A model generated the notes under the pieces. That model was not told where the DNA came from. It was given only the letters and a program-made list of their open reading frames with translations, and made no database searches. A DNA stretch of 61,848 bases from Candidatus Kaiserbacteria bacterium (GTDB taxonomy: Bacteria > Patescibacteriota > Minisyncoccia > Phycocordibacterales > UBA2100). Of the stretch, positions 17,123 to 24,382 are shown piece after piece; position 1 is the first letter of the stretch, and each line of letters starts with the position of its first letter. The translations under genes were made by a program, and so were the position numbers. The stretch is from positions 175,377-237,224 of the forward strand of contig CAVYCR010000003.1 of assembly GCA_963767115.1 (NCBI GenBank), written 5' to 3'.

Positions 17123-18419
17123 ATCGCAGGCGTAATACCTCTTCGACCGTCGTGATCCCCTCGCGTGCCTTGTGTATCGCATCGGCGTTGATCGATACCA
17201 TGCCGTTCTGTAGTGCGAGAGCGCGCAGATCGCCACCCGAAATCTTTTCCATAATCGCAGCACGTAGCTTGTCGTCGATCTCGATCACCTCGTGCACTCC
17301 CGCCCTGCCGCGATAGCCCGTACCACCACAGCTCGCGCAGCCTTCGCCGCGGAAGAAGCGCATCGGTGCTTCGTCTGGCTCGTAGAAATGCACTTGGAGA
17401 TGAGTGCGCAGCGCTGCCCCAGGCTCGTATTCCCTCTTGCACGCATCGCAAATCTTGCGCACAAGCCTTTGCCCTATGACGAGCGAGAGAGTCGATGCGA
17501 TCAAGTACGCTTCGACACCCATGTCGAGGAGCCGCACGATAGTCGAGGGCGCGTCGTTGGTGTGCAGTGTCGAGAGCAGCAAATGCCCGGTGAGTGCCGT
17601 GTGTATTGCGAGCCCGGCCGTCTCTTCATCGCGGATCTCACCGACCATGATGATGTCGGGGTCTTGGCGCAAGAGACTCCGCAGGCCCGAGCCGAAGGAG
17701 AGGCCTGTTTTCGGATTGATCTGAACCTGCCGCACGCCGTCGATGGAGTACTCGATCGGGTCCTCAAGCGTCACGATGGAAATATCGCGGGCGTTCAGTC
17801 CCTTGACCAGCGAGTAGAGCGTGGTCGTCTTGCCGGAGCCAGTCGGGCCGGTCGCAAGGATCATCCCATGCGGCCGGGCAATGGCACGCGTGATCTTCTC
17901 GCGATTGCTCGGTGCGAAAGAGAGCGCATCGAGCGATAATTCTGCGGCACTGCCCGCAAGCAGGCGCAGCACGGCGTTCTCCCCATAGTACGTCGGCGCG
18001 ATTGAGACGCGTATGTCGATCGATGTGCCTTCGCTCTGAGCGAAGCGGAATCTGCCGTCTTGGGCTGCGTAATGCTCGTCGGTGCGCAGCCCTGCGAGGA
18101 TCTTGATGCGTGCGATCAGCTCTTCGTGGATGGCAAGCGGCAGCGAGTGCGCCTCTTGCAAAAGCCCGTCGATACGCAGCCGCACCACGATCGCACCCTG
18201 TCGCGGGTCGAGATGGATATCGGATGCGCGCGCCGCATGTGCATGCTCGATCAGGAGATCGAGCAGCTTTATGATGGAACGACGAGAACGCAGATACATG
18301 TCATCCGAACCTTCGGCATCATTCGTATGCACATCGACAATAGTCGGCGCTGCAGACCACTCTCCCCTATACCGCGCCAACGAAGGCGGCAAAAACCGAT
18401 CTAGACCCCGTAGATCCAT
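17115..18419 (-). CDS. pilB: Type IV pilus assembly ATPase PilB / GspE family
   Basis: Walker A ATGPTGSGKTTTLYS, Asp box, Walker B IIMVGEIRD, His box, and a C-terminal CxxC...CxxC tetracysteine (CDACKRE...CASCGGTG). Confidence 0.93.
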   Translation of the reverse strand: MDLRGLDRFLPPSLARYRGEWSAAPTIVDVHTNDAEGSDDMYLRSRRSIIKLLDLLIEHAHAARASDIHLDPRQGAIVVRLRIDGLLQEAHSLPLAIHEELIARIKILAGLRTDEHYAAQDGRFRFAQSEGTSIDIRVSIAPTYYGENAVLRLLAGSAAELSLDALSFAPSNREKITRAIARPHGMILATGPTGSGKTTTLYSLVKGLNARDISIVTLEDPIEYSIDGVRQVQINPKTGLSFGSGLRSLLRQDPDIIMVGEIRDEETAGLAIHTALTGHLLLSTLHTNDAPSTIVRLLDMGVEAYLIASTLSLVIGQRLVRKICDACKREYEPGAALRTHLQVHFYEPDEAPMRFFRGEGCASCGGTGYRGRAGVHEVIEIDDKLRAAIMEKISGGDLRALALQNGMVSINADAIHKAREGITTVEEVLRLRYE

Positions 18420-18479
18420 CCAAGTATCATAAGCGAGTCACACCCGACGTAACGGCACATTTCCCCATATTTCCAAGCC

Positions 18480-18554
18480 GCAGAGGTCAGACCTCTGCAA
18501 TGGCGGCATTTTCTCGAGGGCAAGCAACGGTTTTGCAGAGGTCTGACCTCTGCA
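18480..18554. repeat. Inverted pair of GCAGAGGTC(A/T)GACCTCTGC palindromes (family copies 2 and 3)
   Basis: 18480-18498 (central A) and 18534-18554 (central T, so opposite orientation) are 35 nt apart, between the pilB start and tRNA-Ser. Confidence 0.9.
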
Positions 18555-18616
18555 GTTATTTGTAGTAATTCTGGCAAATTGAGCGCACTGGCAAAAGGTA
18601 GTATCCTCGCACATAC

Positions 18617-18705
18617 GGAGAGATGGATGAGTGGTTTAAATCAACAGTTTACTAAACTGTCGGCCCTTCAAAGGCCCGCGAGTTCGAATCTCGCTCTCTC
18701 CGCCA
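18617..18705 (+). tRNA. tRNA-Ser, class II, anticodon ACT as read (18651-18653), CCA encoded
   Basis: GGAGAGA acceptor paired with TCTCTCC, 3-bp D stem, anticodon stem ACAGT/ACTGT with loop TTACTAA, long variable arm CGGCCCTTCAAAGGCCCG, T arm CGAGTTCGAATCTCG, discriminator G. Confidence 0.85.
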
Positions 18706-18771
18706 TAAGTATTTAGTATCGGACGTATACGGACGCCTATGACTCCGATATGATGCGGACACCTGACGCGT

Positions 18772-19455
18772 CTAGGTTATAAGTTTTGCAGTGTGTAATA
18801 CGAGCTCGTGCATGCTATCAATTACCTTTTTTGAAGGTGGTAGAAGGAGCTGTAAGTCAGTACACCCAAGAAGGATATGCTCGGTTCCGGCTTTACATGG
18901 CAGCGAAGCCAGAAACTCCACATCTTCTTTCGTAGTGCCGAACGACAACGCTCTTTGGATAAGAGCGTCAAGCCTTATTTGCTCCGCTTTACTCGGCAGA
19001 CTGATTTTTACTCCACTTTTTTTGAGAGCAATCTGGTAGAGTTTGGTTTGTAATGTCCGGCTCGTGGCGAGAAGTAAAACTTTCCGCCATTTCCGCCGCT
19101 TTACTTCTGTAGATGCGATCTCGATTAAATTTGGAATAGGAACAGAAACCATCTTTGTCAGGATGGGGTGGAATTCGTGCACGGTGTTGCAGGGTATAAC
19201 GATAAAGTCGACACCTGCCCGAACGAGCCGCCGTGCGCCTTTGTCGAGCTCTTCCAAGTAGTGGCCCGTATGTTTGCCACTCGCAATGTATTCACGTTCC
19301 TTTCGCCGGTTCAGCGGTAAACTCCAAATAGCAATAGGCGGGCGTCGGACTCGTTGTGCCGTTTTTATTAGATCCAGGTAGAACTCTGAAGTCGTTTCCG
19401 GTCCTAATCCTCCGAGTACTCCTACAACTTTCTTATTTTTGGTTATGGTTTTCAT
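18772..19455 (-). CDS. Aspartate/glutamate racemase family protein
   Basis: VGVLGGLGPETTSEFY, IVIPCNTVHEF and ILLGCTDLQLL show the two catalytic Cys motifs of Asp/Glu racemases. Confidence 0.85.
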   Translation of the reverse strand: MKTITKNKKVVGVLGGLGPETTSEFYLDLIKTAQRVRRPPIAIWSLPLNRRKEREYIASGKHTGHYLEELDKGARRLVRAGVDFIVIPCNTVHEFHPILTKMVSVPIPNLIEIASTEVKRRKWRKVLLLATSRTLQTKLYQIALKKSGVKISLPSKAEQIRLDALIQRALSFGTTKEDVEFLASLPCKAGTEHILLGCTDLQLLLPPSKKVIDSMHELVLHTAKLIT

Positions 19456-19700
19456 ATTTTTAGTTACAAAAAATCCGCCTTGCAGAAGGCGGTTCTTTTA
19501 GTTTGCGTATGCAATAAGAATTACCGCGACCTCTGCGAGGAAGGAATCGCGTAATAATAGCTTGATGTCTGTACGGTTTCGGAATTCATAAACACGACCA
19601 TATTGTACCAGAATCGGCTCGTTCGTCAATCTAGCTAGCCCTATGCGGACGCCTCGTCAGAATATTGAAAACGTCGCCGGAAAACGCTTGTGGAGCCTAG

Positions 19701-19766
19701 CTGGGAAAGTTCGAATCCCGGAGGCCCCGCCATAAGTTTTTAGTATCGGACGTATGCGGACGGCTA
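19701..19766 (+). repeat. tRNA 3'-end remnant plus duplicated downstream flank
   Basis: AGTTCGAATC + ...CCGCCA, then CGCCATAAGTTTTTAGTATCGGACGTATGCGGACGGCTA (19728-19766). That flank matches 18701-18739 at 36 of 39 positions. There is no matching 5' acceptor strand upstream, and the T loop would be 11 nt. Confidence 0.7.
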
Positions 19767-19834
19767 CCCCTACGATGCGTCGCAGAGGGCTTTAAATACC
19801 CTGTAAATAAAGGGTTTTTGCTCCCTCCACACAC

Positions 19835-19863
19835 TTGACAATATGTGTGTAATATGATACAAT
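19835..19863 (+). promoter_or_regulatory. Near-consensus sigma70-type promoter
   Basis: TTGACA (19835-19840), a 17-nt spacer, then TACAAT (19858-19863). About 140 nt upstream of the 20008 CDS. Confidence 0.55.
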
Positions 19864-20007
19864 CTGAGCCAGATTAAATGTAATACTTTGAAAGGTGTTG
19901 CTCGGTAGCGATTTGGTTGTAAATGTTTATTTTTCTTACTAAATCGCTGCCGAGACGGTAGCCACTTAAGGGTAGCCTTGAGTGTTTCCTGAGACAGGAG
20001 ATGTGTT

Positions 20008-20376
20008 GTGAGCAAGGACAAGATTTTTCTCAGCAAGTCGGTCAGTTTCGCAATCGAGATGGTTCGCGCTTCTCTGCCTCAAACCCCCACAAAGGTTCGC
20101 CTCGCTGGACTGTGGATGCAGATGAACATGGGCACTCGCGTTCTCGGTAACGAAGAGCGAGGCCGTCGCCTCGTTTCGCTCGCGATTCTCATTCATCCCG
20201 GTATCAACATTAACGCCGAATGTGCACTCAATTGCATTGACGGCAAATGGACATCGGGTGATGTGGAGATTTGCCTGTTCGACCACACCAACTGCTACAA
20301 CGAAAACACCAAACGCTGGAAGTTTCGCTGCAAACTCAATATCAAAGGACAGCTCGACGTTCAGCCAATCAAATAA
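20008..20376 (+). CDS. Hypothetical protein (122 aa)
   Basis: GTG start 7 nt after AGGAG (19996-20000). Consensus promoter upstream and a hairpin plus T-run (ACCCGCC...GGCGGGTTTTACTTTT, ~20403-20440) downstream. I recognise no family. Confidence 0.55.
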   Translation: MSKDKIFLSKSVSFAIEMVRASLPQTPTKVRLAGLWMQMNMGTRVLGNEERGRRLVSLAILIHPGININAECALNCIDGKWTSGDVEICLFDHTNCYNENTKRWKFRCKLNIKGQLDVQPIK

Positions 20377-20549
20377 CGAGGACTGAGCAGACCCACTGCT
20401 TACCCGCCATGTCGCAAGACCTCGGCGGGTTTTACTTTTCAAAAAATGACTCCTGCTGTCGAGGGCTCGGCAAAGCCTCTGAAAAGAGGCTAAAATATCC
20501 TTATGGGGCTTGGAGCAATGGGTGCTAACTGCAGACGGCCCCCTTATTT

Positions 20550-20570
20550 TACAGAGGTCAGACCTCTGCA
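20550..20570. repeat. Palindrome TACAGAGGTCAGACCTCTGCA (family copy 4)
   Basis: Core CAGAGGTCAGACCTCTG at 20552-20568, just downstream of the ABC ATPase gene. Confidence 0.85.
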
Positions 20571-20586
20571 GTGATACGTTTGGAAA

Positions 20587-21297
20587 CTATTTGAAAAACT
20601 CGCGGCGGATGTGCGAGACGTCGTGCATGAAGCTTTCCGCTTGTTCGCGGCGCGGGTACGGGAGGTCTATCTTGAAGATACTGTCGATCGTGCCGTCTCT
20701 GAAGAGGATCACGCGGTCGGCCAAGGAGACCGCTTCTTCAATGAGATGCGAGACCATGACGATCGTCTTCTTGGTCTCGCGCCAGATCTTGATCAGGTCG
20801 TCGTGGAGCTCGGCGGTCGTCTTCGCGTCGAGCGCTGAGAAGGGCTCGTCGAGAAGCAGCACGACCGGGTCGACGGCAAGCGCGCGGGCGATGCCGACGC
20901 GCTGCCGCTGTCCACCGGAGAGATCGGCGGGAAATTTGGCGCGGAAGTCAAACATGTTCACTGTGCGCAGCTGTTGGTCGACGATACGCATGATTGTCTC
21001 TTCATGCATGCTCGTGCCGCGCAGGCCGAAGGCGACGTTCTCATACACCGTGAGCCACGGCAGAAGCGCGCCGAGCTGGAAGCTCATCGCGACCTTCTCA
21101 GGCCGCTTCACCTTCCCTGCCGTCGCCTCTTCTAGCCCCGCGATGAGTTTGAGCACCGTCGTCTTGCCGCCACCCGAGGCGCCGATGAGACAGACGAATT
21201 CGCCCTGCGCGACAGTAAAAGACACGTCGTGGATCGCGGGCTTGAGCTCGTGCGGGTAGGTCTTGCCCACCCCTGTAAAGTCGATTACCGGTTGCAT
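20587..21297 (-). CDS. ABC transporter ATP-binding protein (nitrate/sulfonate/taurine-type)
   Basis: Walker A GASGGGKTT, signature LSGGQRQRVGIARAL, Walker B VLLLDEPFSALD. Confidence 0.9.
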   Translation of the reverse strand: MQPVIDFTGVGKTYPHELKPAIHDVSFTVAQGEFVCLIGASGGGKTTVLKLIAGLEEATAGKVKRPEKVAMSFQLGALLPWLTVYENVAFGLRGTSMHEETIMRIVDQQLRTVNMFDFRAKFPADLSGGQRQRVGIARALAVDPVVLLLDEPFSALDAKTTAELHDDLIKIWRETKKTIVMVSHLIEEAVSLADRVILFRDGTIDSIFKIDLPYPRREQAESFMHDVSHIRREFFK

Positions 21298-21298
21298 A

Positions 21299-22156
21299 TT
21301 ATTCGAAGCGGAATTTCTGCGAGTAGCGCAGAAGATGTTGCCACACGAAGAGGTTGGTGAGTCCGATGATGACGACCATCACGAGCACCGCTTCTATGAA
21401 TACTGTGTTTTGCGCGTTGGCGGCTGCGTCGACCAGAATCGATCCGACGCCGAAGAGGTCTTGCGCTGAAGTACCGCCTGGGATGTAGGTATGCAAGACT
21501 TCCGCGACGATGATGAGATTCCAGCCTTGCGCGACGGCAAGTATCGAGCCTGTCACAAGCTGCGGGACGAGTGCCGGCAAAATGATGCGCCGCACATACG
21601 GTATCCCGCGCACACCGAAGACCTGCGCCGCATTAATGATGTCGGCCGGGATGAGCTTGAGGCCGCCGACGAGCGTGAAGACGATGTTCCAGAGCATCGC
21701 GAGGAAGAGCATGAAGACCGCCGCGCCGTTGAGGAAGCCGAAGTTGACGAAAAGTATGATGATGACCGGAAAGAGCGCGAGGATCGGCACTGATTCGAGA
21801 ATATCAAAGATCGGAAGCAAGATTGATTCGACCGTCGTGTTGGTCGTCACATAGATCGAGAGCGGGATCGCAACCACGACGGCGAGCACATAGGCTATTA
21901 CGAGGCGCATGCAGGTATAGAGCGCCGCCAAGAGCACCGTCTGGAAAGAGACCGGCGTGCCGGAGGGTGTCGCAAGGAGCGGGTAGAAATTGACCAGCGC
22001 GTAGACGATAGCGACGATCGCGAGCGGGCCCAAGACTAGTGTGTAGAGCCGCTGGCTCATCGAGACCGGATAGCTCACCATGAAGTGGTGCGACACATGA
22101 TGCACATGACGCGAGTGCTGACGCATACGCACAGTATAGCGCGATTTCAATTGCAC
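21299..22156 (-). CDS. ABC transporter permease (binding-protein-dependent transport family)
   Basis: Six or more TM segments and an EAA-like loop (AAQVFGVRGIPYVRRIILPALVP). Immediately upstream of the ATPase gene. The true start may be internal. Confidence 0.8.
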   Translation of the reverse strand: MQLKSRYTVRMRQHSRHVHHVSHHFMVSYPVSMSQRLYTLVLGPLAIVAIVYALVNFYPLLATPSGTPVSFQTVLLAALYTCMRLVIAYVLAVVVAIPLSIYVTTNTTVESILLPIFDILESVPILALFPVIIILFVNFGFLNGAAVFMLFLAMLWNIVFTLVGGLKLIPADIINAAQVFGVRGIPYVRRIILPALVPQLVTGSILAVAQGWNLIIVAEVLHTYIPGGTSAQDLFGVGSILVDAAANAQNTVFIEAVLVMVVIIGLTNLFVWQHLLRYSQKFRFE

Positions 22157-22178
22157 TTTCGCCTGCTATACTGCTCCC

Positions 22179-23842
22179 ATGTCGCTACGCGACGACCTTA
22201 AGGCACTTATCAAGGGGGACGTTGTGGATGACTCCGCCACGCTTACTACCTACAGTCGCGACACGAGCATCTTCTCCCGCACGCCGAAGGTTGTCGCCTT
22301 CCCCAAGGACGCTGACGACGTCTCAGCCATCATTACCTACGTGCGCAAAGCGCGTGATGGCGGCATGGCGATATCGCTTGCCGCGCGTTCTGCCGGCACC
22401 GACATGACCGGCGGCGACCTCACCGACGGCGTCTCGGTAGTCTTCACCAAGTACATGAACCATCTTGGCGAGATCGCGCAAGAGACAGCCACAGCCGAGC
22501 CCGGCGTCTACTATCGCGACTTCGAGAAAGCGACACTCAAGCAAGCGCGGCAAGATCATGCCGAGCTACCCTGCTTCGCGCGAGCTGTGCGCGATCGGCG
22601 GCATGGTCTCCAACAATTCCGGCGGCGAGCTCACGCTGCGCTACGGCAAGACCAACCAGTACGTGCGCGAGCTCGACGTCGTGCTCTCCGACGGTTCACG
22701 CACGACCCTCAAAGCGCTCTCGACCGGCGAACTCTGGCAGAAGGAATCGCAAAAAGATTTCGAGGGCGAGATCTACCGCAAGATGCACACGCTTCTCGAG
22801 CGAGAACGCGAAAGAGATCGAAGCCGCGCGCCCGACACGTGACCAAGAATTCCGCAGGCTACGCGCTCTGGAACGTGATGGACAACGAGAAAGGCACCTT
22901 CGACCTCACGCAGCTCATCGTCGGCTCGCAAGGCACGCTCGCGATCGTGACACAAGCGAAGCTCGGACTCGTGAAGACTGAAAGCGCATCGCGCGATGCT
23001 CGTCGTCTTCCTCTCCGACATCGAGATACTTGCCCGAGATCGTGCATCGCGTGCTGCAATTCGACCCCGAGAGCTTCGAGTAGCTACGACGACCAGACCT
23101 TCAAGCTCGCGGTGCGCTTCATCCCGCAGATCATTTCGCAGTTCGGCTTCGTGCAGATGATCAAGCTCGGCTTCGCCTTCATCCCCGAGATGTGGATGGC
23201 GCTGACGGGCGGCATTCCCAAGCTCGTCCTCATGGCGGAATTTGCAGAAGACACTGCAGGAGGAAGCGCTCGAGAAGGCGCACACGGCGCGAGTATCGCT
23301 CGAGGGCATGGCCGTGACGACCAAAATCGCGCAAGAGCGAGACTGAATCGGCCAAATACTGGACCATCCGCCGCGAGAGCTTCTCGCTTGCTGCGCAAAA
23401 ATCTCAAAGGCCTCTATGCATCGCCATTCATCGACGACATCGTCGTGCATCCGGACGATTATCCGCAATTCTTGCCTGAGCTCAACGCGATCCTCTTGCA
23501 GCATCACTTGCTCTACACGATCGCCGGGCACATCGGCGACGCCAATTTCCACATCATTCCGCTGATGGATCTCTGGCAAGCCCGAGCGCACGCGCCGAGA
23601 TACTCGAGCTGCAGCCCAAGGTCTACGAGCTCGTCGCCAAATACAAGGGCTCGACCACCGGCGAGCACAACGACGGCATCATCCGCACACCGTACCTACC
23701 GCTCATGTATCGGCGAGAAAATGATGCGAACTCTTTGCCGAGGTAAAGAAGATTTTCGACCCGCTTGAATATCTTAAATCCCGGCAAAAAAGTCGGCGGC
23801 ACCGTCGAGGACATCGAGCGGAGTATGATCAAGAAGATGTAA
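22179..23842 (+). pseudogene. FAD-binding (GlcD/D-lactate dehydrogenase-like) oxidase, disrupted by more than 10 frameshifts
   Basis: Recognisable segments alternate among all three frames. Examples: VVAFPKDADDVSAII (frame 3), GKIMPSYPASRELCAIGGMVSNNSGGELTLRYGKTNQYVRELDVVLSDG (frame 1), KNSAGYALWNV...LIVGSQGTLAIVTQAKL (frame 3), PEIVHRVLQFDPESFE, EILELQPKVYELVAKYKGSTTGEHNDGIIRTPYLPLMY, ELFAEVKKIFDPL, and NILNPGKKVGG...KKM* ending at 23842. Confidence 0.8.
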
Positions 23843-23864
23843 TGTTCGTGACTACTATCATATA

Positions 23865-23893
23865 TTGACATGATTATTATTAGATGGTATTAT
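23865..23893 (+). promoter_or_regulatory. Sigma70-type promoter
   Basis: TTGACA (23865-23870), a 17-nt spacer, then TATTAT (23888-23893). GGAGG at 23912-23916 precedes ATG 23923. Confidence 0.5.
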
Positions 23894-23922
23894 GCCTGCG
23901 TGTTCTGCAATGGAGGCTTAAG

Positions 23923-24189
23923 ATGAGATCGCTCTTTATTATTGCGTTAGTCGCACTACTTATCAATCTTTCCAGCTCCTTCGCGGAAGAAGAGCTGTGT
24001 TGGACCGGACCAAATGGACGCGAGTGCGTCCCGGCACATGGCGCGGCAGGAGCAGCCGGAATAGTTCGCCCTCCCGTGGATGTGGGGACTTACAAAGGAC
24101 CTGATCTTCCCAGCTGCAAAAAGGGATCTCCGGGTTGGAATGCTAATACTTCAGGATGTGACGGACCTCCGGGGTCACCTAGCGACTGA
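23923..24189 (+). CDS. Small secreted Cys-containing protein (88 aa)
   Basis: Signal peptide MRSLFIIALVALLINLSSSFA, good SD, and a hairpin plus T-run downstream (~24220-24252). Confidence 0.6.
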   Translation: MRSLFIIALVALLINLSSSFAEEELCWTGPNGRECVPAHGAAGAAGIVRPPVDVGTYKGPDLPSCKKGSPGWNANTSGCDGPPGSPSD

Positions 24190-24382
24190 TCAACCAAGCC
24201 GTTTCATGAAACGGCGGCAAGCGACTGGATTCGTTCCGGTCGCTTTCTTTTTAATTGTTACCGAGGTACCGAGGTCCGACCTCGACCACATGCTGGATAT
24301 TTTGGCGATTGAATTCTGTCGAGGTTAAACCTCGACGTTCTTTAGCCGAAATTTAGGTTTGGAGGCATGGCCTGCGAATTTT

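Noticed and set aside
19640-19732. A functional second tRNA, or a tmRNA 3' end, at the duplicated GTTCGAATC...CCGCCA.
   Set aside because: No complementary 5' acceptor strand (GGGGCCT-like) lies within 400 nt upstream. The T loop would be 11 nt. No tmRNA-like 5' GGGGC or tag-reading-frame features are present. It is treated as a remnant or duplication.
20496-20525. About 26-nt similarity (21 of 26) between 20496..20525 and the reverse complement of 28846..28875 (ATATCCTTAYGGKGCTTG), considered as recombinase att/inversion sites.
   Set aside because: A rough estimate suggests that matches of this quality are expected by chance several times in 62 kb compared on both strands. An 8-kb invertible segment containing hisS is also implausible.
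22179-23768. The single 529-aa ORF as a genuine intact protein.
   Set aside because: Only short stretches of it look like an FAD oxidase. The intervening parts are Arg/Ala/Ser-rich nonsense, while the missing conserved segments are found in the other two frames. It is called a pseudogene.
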